64,000 nt of DNA from an uncultured Actinomycetes bacterium (GCA_963728735.1 CAVSLX010000013.1:79632-143631), one strand, 5' to 3'; positions 10,214 to 19,987 are shown, numbered from the stretch's first letter. Made by a program: numbers and translations. Notes: a model not told the origin generated them from the letters alone.

Positions 10214-11032
10214 TCACGACGAGCTGTCGTCGGGCGCGTGCGGATCGTCAGCCGAAGCCTCGGTTCCCTCTTCGCCGTCGAAGACGAGGGCGTACACCTC
10301 CTGGCCCTGCGGGTACTCCTTCGTGGGGCGCTGCTCGCGGGTCACGGCCACGCCGAGCTTCTTGTAGACACCGTCTTGTTCCTCGCGCAGGCGCTCGCCG
10401 AGGAAGACGTTCGCGACGATCTCGCGGGGCAGGGCCGCGGCCGTGACCATGCGGACGGCGCCGACGACCGGCGGGCCGACCACCGTCAGCTCGCCGGCGA
10501 TCTGGACGAGGTAGCCCGGCCCGGCATCGAGCCCCATCGAGAGCCCGATGTTGCCCGAGAGGTTCCGGGAGTTGCTCCTGAAGTCCTCCAGCACCCGTCG
10601 ATGGAAGAGGTCGATCAACGTCCTGGCGGTGTGCACGATGTTGCCGGCCGCTTCGACGAAACGCTCGTCGTATTCGTCGTCGGGACCGCTCTGCACGATC
10701 CAGTAGGCCAAGAAGCCGTCGCCGGTGAACTTGTCGAACCAGCCTCCATACGTGCCGATCCCCTGGCGGACCGCCGTCACGAACTTGTCCATCACGAACG
10801 CGAACCGCTCGAACCTGATGGCCTCCTTCATGAGCATGGTGGATCCGCGGATGTCGGCCGCCATGACGAACATCTGGATCGGCTCGCCGCGCACGATCGC
10901 GTCGAGCAGTGGCTCCGAGTCGAACCGCCCGCGCCAGTCCGGCGGTGCATGGGCCTCGACGAGGTCGGCGTGGCGAGCTCGCTCGTCGGTCGGTGAGCCT
11001 CCCTCGCCCGACCCAGACAGCCCCTCGTTCAT
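10214..11032 (-). CDS. class III adenylate/guanylate cyclase domain protein
   Basis: FTGDGFLAYW motif and overall fold of a cyclase homology domain (CHD). Confidence 0.85.
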   Translation of the reverse strand: MNEGLSGSGEGGSPTDERARHADLVEAHAPPDWRGRFDSEPLLDAIVRGEPIQMFVMAADIRGSTMLMKEAIRFERFAFVMDKFVTAVRQGIGTYGGWFDKFTGDGFLAYWIVQSGPDDEYDERFVEAAGNIVHTARTLIDLFHRRVLEDFRSNSRNLSGNIGLSMGLDAGPGYLVQIAGELTVVGPPVVGAVRMVTAAALPREIVANVFLGERLREEQDGVYKKLGVAVTREQRPTKEYPQGQEVYALVFDGEEGTEASADDPHAPDDSSS

Positions 11033-11159
11033 GCCCTGGTCTCGAACGGATGGGCCATCTCGCGCACGCTCCTCGATGGACGATCTTTCGACCCCAGAGG
11101 ATAGAGCCGCTCGAGGTTCCTGGGCCGGTCGAGAGTCCCAGGCAACGTCTGATGCGGGC

Positions 11160-12044
11160 TCAAACCTCGCGCCGGACGCGATCGGGGGCCAGCGCCCCCA
11201 GGTACACGCCGAGGATCACGAGGGGCGCGCCCACGAAGAGCGACGTCGACGGTCGTTCGTCGAGCAGGAGCGCCGCGAGCGGGATCGAGACGAGAGGGAA
11301 CAGCACCAGCGCGTAGGAGCCCGCCGAGGCCGTCCACTGCTGGAGCACGAACACGAAGAGCATGAACAGGAGCGGGGTCGTCAGCACCAGGAAGACGAGC
11401 GCAACCGACGTCGACGCCGACGTGGGCACGACGTGCGACTCATCGGCCACGAACGACGTCGCGATCAGGAGCACCGCGCCGACGGACATCCCCACTGCGT
11501 TGACGAGGAGCGGATGGGCGTCGCGGATCCGCCGCACGGTGATCGAGCTCTGCGCCGCGGTGACCGCGGCGCCGACCACCGCCAGCAAGGGGACGAGCGG
11601 GATGGAGCCGCCCTCGGCGCGCGCCGAGATCAGCGCGATCCCGCCGATCGACAGGCACGCGCCGACGAGGCCGCGCACCCGGAACCGCTCCAGCCGCTGG
11701 ACCGTGGCCAGAAGCAGCGTCAGCAACGGCACCGATCCGAGGATGACCGAGGCGATGCCGGCGGGGACGCGCTGGGTTCCCCAGTAGAAGAGCGCGAAGC
11801 TCATGAAGAACGCGAGGGATCCGTACAAGGCCGCGATCCGGACGACGCGACCGGACGGCATCGATCGCGCGAAGGCCCTGGCGGCGGCGATCGTGATGAG
11901 CGCGCCGAACGAGAAGCGCAGCCCCGCGCTCCAGAACGGATCGAGCTCGCGGGTCGTGAGGACGACGAGGACGAGATTCGTGCCGCCGAGGAGCACGACC
12001 GCGGCGAACGCCGCGAGCACCCTGCGGTCGGCCGGGAGGCTCAT
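11160..12044 (-). CDS. EamA/DMT family transporter
   Basis: Ten hydrophobic helices with two EamA-like halves. Start MSLPADRRVL overlaps the stop of the upstream kinase gene. Confidence 0.8.
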   Translation of the reverse strand: MSLPADRRVLAAFAAVVLLGGTNLVLVVLTTRELDPFWSAGLRFSFGALITIAAARAFARSMPSGRVVRIAALYGSLAFFMSFALFYWGTQRVPAGIASVILGSVPLLTLLLATVQRLERFRVRGLVGACLSIGGIALISARAEGGSIPLVPLLAVVGAAVTAAQSSITVRRIRDAHPLLVNAVGMSVGAVLLIATSFVADESHVVPTSASTSVALVFLVLTTPLLFMLFVFVLQQWTASAGSYALVLFPLVSIPLAALLLDERPSTSLFVGAPLVILGVYLGALAPDRVRREV

Positions 12045-13402
12045 GGAACCGGAGGTGACGGAAGCGCTAGGGCTCGTTCGAACCACCACGGCACGTGGGA
12101 CGCCCATTCGCCCTGCTGGGACGGGTCGAGCGCCTCGACGATCGCGAGGTAGCTGAGCGCATGGTGCAGCGCCACGACCGGTTCCGTGCGCTCGAACAGC
12201 TGCACGGCATCGCGGTGTGGCATCACGTCGCTCCAGCCTGCGAGGAAACGGTCCCTCAGCCGGGTGTGAGCGGCAGGATCGGACGAAGGAAGGTCAGAGA
12301 CGTACAGGAACGGTGCGAGGTCGACGAACGGATGGGCGATCGAGGGATCGTCCCAGTCGAAGATCAGGTAGCGCCCGTCCCTGAACACGACGTTGTCGGC
12401 GTGGAGGTCTCCGTGGACGAGTGTGTTCGGGATGGGAGAGGCCGCGAGCTCGGCACACAGCGCGTGCAAACGAGGCGCGGCAACCCGCAGCCGTTCATTC
12501 AGCTGGTCCGGGAGCGCGCCCAGCGTGCCCGCCGCCAGGTCCTCGATCTGTTCCTGCAGGACCGAGGGCCGGCGGTCGACACATCCCTCGCGCAAGAGCG
12601 CGTCCACGGAGGGGATACTGCCGCGCTGCATCGAGACGAGTACGTCCAGCACGCGCTCCCAATGATCGATGCCCATCCCGCCCACGAACGAGTCCCCGAA
12701 GTCCTCGAGCACCATCCACCCTCGGTCTTCGTCGATCGCGACCGGTCGCGGCACGACCTCGGGGAACCGCTCTGCGAGTCGCGCCGTCACGCCCACCCCA
12801 TGGCCGAAGAAGTCGGGGGTCGCCTTGAAGAAGTAGTCACGGGCGTCGGCCTCGATCCGGAGGAGACAGGAGCTGCTCCACGTGATGTATTGCTCGACGC
12901 GGGTGACGTTCGGCAGGTTCGCGCGGATCCACGAGCTCGCCTGATCGAACCAGCCCTCGCGCTGCCAGGCCTGCAGGCGGGCGGGGGCCCCCTCCCTGCG
13001 CTCGGTGAACCACGTCTGGATCACGTCTCGGTCTCGCTCGTCCGACATGGCGGGGGCGCCGAGTGCCTCTTCGCTGCACCATTCGCCCGCGAAGCGAGGG
13101 TTGCCCGTGAGGTTCTCGGCGAAGAAGAAGGCGTCGCCCGACGGTGTGAGGCCGTGGAACGAACCGTCGGGCACGAGCGGTGCTGCGTCGGCGGGCTCGT
13201 GGACGACGAGCCCGGTCCGCAGGAGGGCGATGTCGAGACCGAAGCGCTGACGGATCTCCTCGGGAACGCCGGCCACGACGAAACGCTCGCCGAAGTCCTC
13301 CCCGGTGCTCACCCGCGGAAGCGCCCACCCGTGAGCGTCCTCGACGAGCAGTACGCGTGCGCCCGACGGGTCCGGGATGACGAGATGGAAGGTGAAGCCC
13401 AT
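12041..13402 (-). CDS. phosphotransferase family protein (APH-like kinase with N-terminal extension)
   Basis: HGDLHADNVVF and IFDWDD motifs; 453 aa. Confidence 0.8.
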   Translation of the reverse strand: MGFTFHLVIPDPSGARVLLVEDAHGWALPRVSTGEDFGERFVVAGVPEEIRQRFGLDIALLRTGLVVHEPADAAPLVPDGSFHGLTPSGDAFFFAENLTGNPRFAGEWCSEEALGAPAMSDERDRDVIQTWFTERREGAPARLQAWQREGWFDQASSWIRANLPNVTRVEQYITWSSSCLLRIEADARDYFFKATPDFFGHGVGVTARLAERFPEVVPRPVAIDEDRGWMVLEDFGDSFVGGMGIDHWERVLDVLVSMQRGSIPSVDALLREGCVDRRPSVLQEQIEDLAAGTLGALPDQLNERLRVAAPRLHALCAELAASPIPNTLVHGDLHADNVVFRDGRYLIFDWDDPSIAHPFVDLAPFLYVSDLPSSDPAAHTRLRDRFLAGWSDVMPHRDAVQLFERTEPVVALHHALSYLAIVEALDPSQQGEWASHVPWWFERALALPSPPVP

Positions 13403-13413
13403 CGGGGCAGACG

Positions 13414-14406
13414 CTACCCCTCCGAGCCCTCGCTCTCGACGATCTCGTCGGGGGTGTGGTGCGCGGCGGGGACCGTGCCGAGCTTGCCCGCCTGGAAATC
13501 CTCGAACGCTTCGACCAGCTCGTCGCGGGTGTTCATGACGAACGGTCCGTACCAGGCGACCGGCTCACCGATCGGTCGGCCGCCCAACAACAGCACCTCG
13601 AGCGATGAGGAGCGGCTCTCCTGGCCCGTGGCGGCTTCGATGCGCAACGCGCCTCCCGGACCGAAGACCGCGAGCTGACCGGTCCGGACGGGTCGCCGCT
13701 CGGCGCCGACCGTCCCTTCGCCGGCAAGCACATAGACGAGCGCGTTGAACCCGGGGTTCCACGGTAGATCGAGCTTCGCGCCGGGCGCGACCGTCGCGTG
13801 TGCGTACGTGATCGGCGTGTAGGTGTCGCCGGGACCTTGGTACCCGGCGAGCTCGCCGGCGATCATCCGCACCAGCGCGCCGGCGTCGGACGAGGCGAGC
13901 AGACCGACCTCGTTCGCGCGCAGGTCCTGGTAACGGGGAGGCGCCCACTTCTGCGCTTTCGGAAGGTTCACCCAGAGCTGGGAGCCGTGGAACAATCCGC
14001 CGCTGACGACGAGGCGCTCCGGTGGCTTCTCGATGTGCAGGATGCCGGCGCCGGCCGTCATCCATTGGGTGTCGCCGTTCGTGATGACGCCGCCGCCACC
14101 GTTCGAGTCCTCGTGCTCGAACGTCCCGTCGATGATGTAGGTGACCGTCTCGAACCCGCGGTGCGGGTGCCAGGGGGTTCCCTTGGGCTCGCCGGGCGCG
14201 TATTCGACCTCGCCCATCTGGTCCATGTGGATGAACGGATCGAGGTCGGCGAGGTCGACCCCGGCGAACGCGCGCCGCACCGGGAAGCCCTCCCCTTCGA
14301 GGGCGCTCGGCGCGGTGGTCACGGAACGCACCGGCCGCTGGACGGCGCTGCCCACCTCAGGTACGCGCGGCAAGGTCGTGAGGTCGTCAACGGTGATGGC
14401 CGGCAT
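13414..14406 (-). CDS. pirin family protein
   Basis: Conserved pirin N-terminal cupin (HPHRGFETVTYIIDG, GDTQWMTAGAGILHIE). Start MPAITVDDL, with a GGGGA Shine-Dalgarno upstream. Confidence 0.85.
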   Translation of the reverse strand: MPAITVDDLTTLPRVPEVGSAVQRPVRSVTTAPSALEGEGFPVRRAFAGVDLADLDPFIHMDQMGEVEYAPGEPKGTPWHPHRGFETVTYIIDGTFEHEDSNGGGGVITNGDTQWMTAGAGILHIEKPPERLVVSGGLFHGSQLWVNLPKAQKWAPPRYQDLRANEVGLLASSDAGALVRMIAGELAGYQGPGDTYTPITYAHATVAPGAKLDLPWNPGFNALVYVLAGEGTVGAERRPVRTGQLAVFGPGGALRIEAATGQESRSSSLEVLLLGGRPIGEPVAWYGPFVMNTRDELVEAFEDFQAGKLGTVPAAHHTPDEIVESEGSEG

Positions 14407-14471
14407 GTGGTGTTCCCCTTTCCTCGTGAACGGTAACGCGCCGTCGGCGGGTGGACATTCCCCTGGGCAGG

Positions 14472-14610
14472 GCAACAGGTGGACGGCTATCGGCACCCTC
14501 TGCCGCCGGCCGACCGTCAACATGGTTCCGGCTCGCGACCATAGATGCGAGCCGGAACCACGTTGACGCTCACGTGCCCGGAGTTCCGCCGGGAGCCGTC
14601 CACCTGGTGC
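14472..14610. repeat. MITE-like element copy A (17-bp terminal inverted repeats, perfect 21-bp inner palindrome)
   Basis: The terminal repeat GCAACAGGTGGACGGCT at 14472-14488 is the inverted complement of the one at 14594-14610. The inner inverted repeat is GTCAACATGGTTCCGGCTCGC (14516-14536) with GCGAGCCGGAACCACGTTGAC (14547-14567). A homologous copy lies at 23822-23958. Confidence 0.55.
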
Positions 14611-14710
14611 GCTCCCTCCAGCGCCTCCGCAGCCTCGCGCCGGAACGCGATCTGCCCGACCGGGTCGAGTTCGTGTGGCACGGCATCAACGACGAGGAGA
14701 ACCTCCGACG

Positions 14711-15940
14711 CTACGCCCGGCGCGGGAAGATGCAGAACTCGTTGCCCTGAGGATCGGCCATGTTCCGCCAGCGGAACCCGAAGGAATCGTGGGTGTGGCC
14801 GTCGCGCCACCGCCCTCCCAGCCGTTCGATCTCGGCCGTGGCCTCATCGAGATCCTCGATCTCCAGGTCGACGTGCATCCGGTTCTTGCCGTCCTTCGCC
14901 TCGGGGACGCGCTGCAGGATGATCGCGACGCCACCGCGCTCGGAAGCTCCGAGCTCGACGAACTGCCCATCGTTCAAGCGGTCCACGACCTCGACGCCGA
15001 GCAGGGAACACCAGAACGGCGCGATCGCCTCGGGATCCACCGAGTCCAGCACCAGGTTGTCGAGCCGAGCCGGCTTCATGCCCTGCGAACCTCCTTCGTA
15101 CGTGGCGTGATCGGCAAGGGTCGGCGAAGCTCCCCGCGTGAGCGTTCCCGAACGGAACGGCTCGGGGTCGATCTCGACGCGGGTGAAGCCGGCCGAGCGG
15201 ACCGCGTGCTCGATCGCGGCCCTGCCCGACGTGGTGAGCGCCGCCGGTAGCTCGTCGCCGGCGAGCTCGACGCGGCCGGTCTGGCCCAGGTGGCGAACCC
15301 GCAGCTCTCGGAACCCCAGCGCCTTGACGGCTCGCTCGGCCCGATCGACCTGCGCGAGGATGGCGGGGTCGACCTCGGTCCCGAACGGCACTCGCGACGC
15401 CAGACACGGCGACGCCGGCTTGTCCGCGCTCGGAAGCTCGAGCTCGTGGGCGATCGCCCTGACCGCGTCCTTGCCGAGGCCCGCTTCGACGAGCGGATGC
15501 CGCACGCCGTGGTCCGCCGCCGCCCGCAGGCCGGGCCGCCAGTCGCCGAGGTCGTCGGCGTTGGCGCCGGAGAACATCGCGGCGACGCCGCGTGATCGGG
15601 CGAGGATGCCGAGCTGCTCGTACAGCTCGGTCTTGCAGTGATAACAGCGATCCGGGCCGTTGCGCCGGTACCCATCGCGCGCCAGCTCGTCGGTACGAAC
15701 GACCTCGTGGACGATCCCGATCGCACGCGCGACGACGCGGGCGCCGTCGAGCTCGCCGCTCGCGAGGGCGGGCGAGACCGCGGTGACGGCGAGCGCGTTC
15801 GCCCCGAGCACGCGGTGGGCCGCGGCGGCCACGACCGAGGAGTCGACCCCGCCCGAGAACGCGACGACCGCGCCGTCGACGGAACCGACGACGCGCTCGA
15901 GGGTCGCGAGCGCCCGCACGGGATCGGCGTCCGTCGTCAC
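14711..15940 (-). CDS. larE: ATP-dependent sacrificial sulfur transferase LarE fused in frame to a C-terminal VOC/glyoxalase domain
   Basis: PP-loop motif SGGVDSS, CYHCK, and the C-terminal LarE block ELRVRHLGQTGRVEL. There is no stop before the VOC domain (MKPARLDNLVLDSVD...FRWRNMADPQGNEFCIF). GTG start overlaps the larC stop (GTGA). Confidence 0.75.
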   Translation of the reverse strand: MTTDADPVRALATLERVVGSVDGAVVAFSGGVDSSVVAAAAHRVLGANALAVTAVSPALASGELDGARVVARAIGIVHEVVRTDELARDGYRRNGPDRCYHCKTELYEQLGILARSRGVAAMFSGANADDLGDWRPGLRAAADHGVRHPLVEAGLGKDAVRAIAHELELPSADKPASPCLASRVPFGTEVDPAILAQVDRAERAVKALGFRELRVRHLGQTGRVELAGDELPAALTTSGRAAIEHAVRSAGFTRVEIDPEPFRSGTLTRGASPTLADHATYEGGSQGMKPARLDNLVLDSVDPEAIAPFWCSLLGVEVVDRLNDGQFVELGASERGGVAIILQRVPEAKDGKNRMHVDLEIEDLDEATAEIERLGGRWRDGHTHDSFGFRWRNMADPQGNEFCIFPRRA

Positions 15941-17145
15941 GGTCCGGCCGTCTCCGACGTCAGCTCGGCGGCCGCCGCGAGCGCCGCCGTCCACACGGTC
16001 TTGACCGGCTTCCCGACTACGGCGGCGACCGCCGCGCAGTCGTCGTGCTCGGGCGCCACGTTCACCACGCGACCATCGAGATGGCCGAGCTTCACGCGGA
16101 CCGCGTGCCCTTCGACACGCACCTCGCGGATCTCGCGCTCGAGCTCGTAGCGCTGCAGTCGCGACACGCGCACGCCGAGCGTCGAGGTGTGCTCCATCAG
16201 CGAGACGGCCACCGCTCGCTCGGCCTCCGGTCGAGCGAGCGCCGAGACGATCATGCCCGGTCGGCCCTTCTTCATCTGCGCCGGCGCCGTCCACACGTCG
16301 AGCGCGCCGGCAGCGACGCACGCCGCGAGCGCATCGGGGACCAGCTCCGGCGACAGGTCATCGAGGTTCGCCTCGAGGAGCACCACGTCGCCGAGGCCCG
16401 GGCTCGAGGCGTGGGCGTCCTCCGGGGCACCGAGAATCACGCGCACGACGTTCGGACGGCTCGCGAGGTCGGTCGTTCCGGCGCCGTGGCCGACGGCCTC
16501 GATGCGCATCGGCGGGAGCTCGCCGAACGACGAGGACGCCGTCGCCACGATCGCCGCTCCGGTCGGCGTCACGAGCTCGGCTTCGGCCTCGACGCCGACG
16601 AACGGCGCGCCGACGAGCAGCTCGAGCACCGCGGGTCCCGGCGTCGGCATCCGCCCGTGCTCGCCGCGGGCGAGCCCCCGGGCGAACGGAAGCGGCGAGC
16701 ACACGACGCGCTCGATCCCGAGCGCGTCGAGCAGGACGAACGCACCGCACAGGTCCACGATCGTGTCCGCACCGCCGAGCTCGTGGAAGACCACGTCCTC
16801 GGGCGCCACCCCGTGCACCCGCGCCTCGGCTCCGACGAGTCGCTCGAACGCGGTGATCGCCGGCTGCACGACCTCGCCGAGCGCGTTCCGCGCGGCGAGG
16901 AGGCGCTCCCGCAGCTCCGCGACCGCGAACGGCGTCGCGGGCTCGGCACCCACGATCCGGACGTGCGCCGCGTCGATCCCGTGACGACGGACCCGGTCCA
17001 CCTCGACCTTGACCTCGGCGAGCTGCAGCGCCTCGACCGTCGCATGCAGCCGGTCCTGCGGGGCGCCGGCGTCGAGCAGCGCGGCCAGGACCATGTCGCC
17101 CGCCACGCCGGCGACGCAATCGAGGTACGCGACGCGCGTGCTCAC
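15937..17145 (-). CDS. larC: nickel-pincer cofactor biosynthesis protein LarC (nickel insertion, DUF111)
   Basis: N-terminal VAYLDCVAGVAGDMVLAALLDAG. About 402 aa. GTG start overlaps the larB stop. The upstream part of ORF 15937..17577 is junk. Confidence 0.85.
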   Translation of the reverse strand: MSTRVAYLDCVAGVAGDMVLAALLDAGAPQDRLHATVEALQLAEVKVEVDRVRRHGIDAAHVRIVGAEPATPFAVAELRERLLAARNALGEVVQPAITAFERLVGAEARVHGVAPEDVVFHELGGADTIVDLCGAFVLLDALGIERVVCSPLPFARGLARGEHGRMPTPGPAVLELLVGAPFVGVEAEAELVTPTGAAIVATASSSFGELPPMRIEAVGHGAGTTDLASRPNVVRVILGAPEDAHASSPGLGDVVLLEANLDDLSPELVPDALAACVAAGALDVWTAPAQMKKGRPGMIVSALARPEAERAVAVSLMEHTSTLGVRVSRLQRYELEREIREVRVEGHAVRVKLGHLDGRVVNVAPEHDDCAAVAAVVGKPVKTVWTAALAAAAELTSETAGP

Positions 17146-17903
17146 GTCGCCGCGGCCCTCCGTGCGATGCGCGCGGCCACGCTCCCCGCCCCCAGACCGT
17201 CGTCGATCCCCACGACCGCGAGTCCGTCGGCGCACGAGCACAACATCGCGTTGAGCGCGGTCTGCCCGCCGTGGGCCGAGCCGTACCCGACGCTCGTCGG
17301 CACCCCGATCACGGGACAGGCGGCGAGGCCGCCCACGACGCTCGCGAGGGCCCCGTCCATCCCGGCCACGACGACCACGACGTCGGCGCGCTCGAGCTCG
17401 GGGAGCACGGGCGCGAGCCGGTGGATCCCGGCGACCCCGACGTCCTCGTGGACCGTGACGATGGTGCCGAGGAGCTCCGCCCGGATCCTCGCCTCGTGCA
17501 CCACCGGGCCGTCGGAGGTGCCGGCGGACACGATCAGGACCCGGCCACGGCGCTCGAGCGGACGGCGCTCGGCCCACACCGCCCGCGCGAGGTCGTGCTG
17601 CCGGGCGCCGGGCAGCGCCTCGAGCACGGCGTCGCGCATCGCCTCGTCGGCGCGCGTGACGAGCACGCTCGACGCGCCCGCCTCGTCGAGGGCCTTCGCG
17701 ATCGCCGCCGCCTGCGCGGGGGTCTTGCCCTCGCCGAGCACGACCTCGGGCGCGCCCTGCCGGAGCTCGCGATGGGTATCGACCCGAGCGAACCCGAGAT
17801 CGCGGAAGGGCATCCCCGCAAGTTGCCGAGCTGCGTCGGCGGGATCGAGCTCGCGCTCGGCCACGGAGGCGAGGAGGGCCTCGAGGTCGGACCGCGACGT
17901 CAT
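17142..17903 (-). CDS. larB: LarB (PurE-like nicotinic acid adenine dinucleotide carboxylase/hydrolase)
   Basis: PurE-like C-terminal half (GRVLIVSAGTSDGPVV...VVVVVAGMDGALASVVGG...VIGVPTSVGYG), 253 aa. Confidence 0.85.
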   Translation of the reverse strand: MTSRSDLEALLASVAERELDPADAARQLAGMPFRDLGFARVDTHRELRQGAPEVVLGEGKTPAQAAAIAKALDEAGASSVLVTRADEAMRDAVLEALPGARQHDLARAVWAERRPLERRGRVLIVSAGTSDGPVVHEARIRAELLGTIVTVHEDVGVAGIHRLAPVLPELERADVVVVVAGMDGALASVVGGLAACPVIGVPTSVGYGSAHGGQTALNAMLCSCADGLAVVGIDDGLGAGSVAARIARRAAAT

Positions 17904-17968
17904 CGACCCGAGTCTACGGAGCTAGGAGGAGCGCGGCGGCCGGGCAACGGGCGCCAGCGCCCTCGGGC

Positions 17969-19987
17969 TCATCCGGTGCGGAGCAGCTCCGGCCGGCGCG
18001 CCACCCGGATCCACGGCGTCACCAACCCCGTGACGATCGCGACGACGAGGACCGTCCCCGCGGATAGCACCGCGAGCTCTCGGACGGGCAGCGCGACCTC
18101 GGTCTCGACGGCGGTGTAGAGGAGCGCGACCACCACGAGCGCACCCGCGACGCCGAGCACCACCGACGTCGCAAGCGGCAACGCGACCTGCGCGAGGATC
18201 GACCGGCGGAGCACGCCGCTCGGTACGCCCACCGCCGAGAGCACGGCCAGCGCGCGGCGCCGCTCCATGACCCAGTCGACCATGGCCACGAGCAACGTCA
18301 GGCCGTTCACCAGCAGGAGGAACAGGGTGAGGGTTCTCACGCCGCGCCGGAGGGCACCGTATTCGTCGGCGTACCAATCGTCCTGGGCACGGAACTGGGC
18401 GACGGTCAGGACCTCGGCTCGCCAGCCGATCTCGTCTCGCAGCGCCTCGAGGGTTTCAGGGCGGCCGTCGGTCTCGAGGATCGCCGTCGTCGGTTTCATC
18501 CGTTCACCCCCGTACGGGTGCTGCGTCGTGAGCTCCATCGACCGAACGCCGTCGACGTCCGCGAGCGCAGACAGCGCCTCCGATCCCGAGATCTGGTTCG
18601 CGTACGCGAGGACGGCGTCGGGATCGAGCGCACGCACCCATCCGGGGGCGAACGACGCATTGTCCTCACCCTCCACGGCGATGAGCCCGGACTGCACGAC
18701 GCCGGCGAGCGCGATCATCAACGCGACGCCACCGACCACACGGCCGACCGAGCCCGGGTCGGCTTCGATACGCCGCATGCCGAGCAGCGCCGAGACCGAT
18801 CGCGCCCGGCCCGCGAACCGTCGCGCCAGGATCCATGCCGTCCACGTCGCGGTTCCGGTCAGGCCGAACGCCGTGAGCGCCAGGCCGGCTCCGATCAGCA
18901 GGCCGGTCTCCGCCGCGTTCCGTCCCGCGAGCTCCTCGTGCCGGCTCGCGGTGTAGGCGAGGATCGCGAGCCCCACGGCGAGGACCACCACCCACCGGCG
19001 TCCGGCGTGCGAGCGCCGCGTGCGCCGGACGATCCCGAGCGGCGACACGATGAGACGACGCATCGTGGCGAGCGACATCACGACCGCCAGCGCCGGCAGC
19101 GCAAGCAGCATCGTGACGGCGAACGCGAGCGGCGGGGCGAAGTCGGTCGGATAGAAGTCGAGGTCGAGGATCAGGCCGCCGGCAAGCACCGGGCGGAGGG
19201 CGAGGAACACGGGGATCCCCGCCAACGTCCCGATCGTCGCCGCGACGCCGGCCTCGACGCCGGCGAGCAGCCGCACCTGCGCCTCGGTCCCCCCGGCGAG
19301 CCGGACGGCGGCCAATCGGGTCTCCCTCGTGGCCGCCGAGAGCCTCGTCGCCGTGGCGACGAACAGCCAGATCGGGAGCAGGACCGCGGACGCGATCCCC
19401 ACGAGGGTGATCAGCGCGCCGAGGTCCAACGGGGCGGAGATCGTTCCGGGAGCCTCGAACGAGGCGATCGCTCCCGCCTCGCGACGTGGAAGGACGACCT
19501 CGGGAGGCATGCCCATCCACGCGGCAAGCTCATCGGGGCCGACGACGCCCTCGGGACCGATCGTCCCGACGACCCGCCCGTGCAGCCGTCGTTCGAGCGC
19601 GGCGGCCGTCGCTCCGTGCCAGCGTTCGGCGAGCGCCGGCGTCACCACGATCTCGCCGGGAAGCGGCACGCGTTCGAGGCCGAGCGGCACCGGCGCATCG
19701 CCGATCGCATCCACCGCCCACAGGTCGAACGTCAGATCGCCGTACCGATGATTCACGGCCCACAGGAGCAGCGCGTCGTCGGCACGCTTCGGGTTCACCT
19801 GGTCGCCGTACCGCGCGGACTCCCGCTCGTCGCGCGCACCCAGTGCCGGCACGATGCTCATCGCCGACAGCAGGAGCCCCGACCCGACCGCGAACCCGAG
19901 CGCCATCAGGCCGAGCCGGATCCACGCAGGACGTCCGCCCGCGGTGGCGAGGCGCGCGCCCAGCCCCACGAGCCGAACCCCCTTCAC
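17969..19987 (-). CDS. ABC transporter permease, FtsX/MacB family (two FtsX domains)
   Basis: About 672 aa with multiple TM helices and FtsX-like blocks. GTG start overlaps the stop of the ATPase. Confidence 0.8.
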   Translation of the reverse strand: MKGVRLVGLGARLATAGGRPAWIRLGLMALGFAVGSGLLLSAMSIVPALGARDERESARYGDQVNPKRADDALLLWAVNHRYGDLTFDLWAVDAIGDAPVPLGLERVPLPGEIVVTPALAERWHGATAAALERRLHGRVVGTIGPEGVVGPDELAAWMGMPPEVVLPRREAGAIASFEAPGTISAPLDLGALITLVGIASAVLLPIWLFVATATRLSAATRETRLAAVRLAGGTEAQVRLLAGVEAGVAATIGTLAGIPVFLALRPVLAGGLILDLDFYPTDFAPPLAFAVTMLLALPALAVVMSLATMRRLIVSPLGIVRRTRRSHAGRRWVVVLAVGLAILAYTASRHEELAGRNAAETGLLIGAGLALTAFGLTGTATWTAWILARRFAGRARSVSALLGMRRIEADPGSVGRVVGGVALMIALAGVVQSGLIAVEGEDNASFAPGWVRALDPDAVLAYANQISGSEALSALADVDGVRSMELTTQHPYGGERMKPTTAILETDGRPETLEALRDEIGWRAEVLTVAQFRAQDDWYADEYGALRRGVRTLTLFLLLVNGLTLLVAMVDWVMERRRALAVLSAVGVPSGVLRRSILAQVALPLATSVVLGVAGALVVVALLYTAVETEVALPVRELAVLSAGTVLVVAIVTGLVTPWIRVARRPELLRTG

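Noticed and set aside
8897-12152. ORFs 8897..10996(+) and 10725..12152(+), 699 aa and 475 aa
   Set aside because: Antisense to the APH, cyclase and EamA genes. Their translations are Arg/Asp/Glu/His homopolymer-like repeats.
15937-17925. ORF 16045..17925(+), and the N-terminal 144 codons of ORF 15937..17577(-)
   Set aside because: These overlap larC and larB. LarC clearly starts at the GTG at 17145 (VAYLDCVAGVAGDM). The upstream extension is Arg-rich junk.
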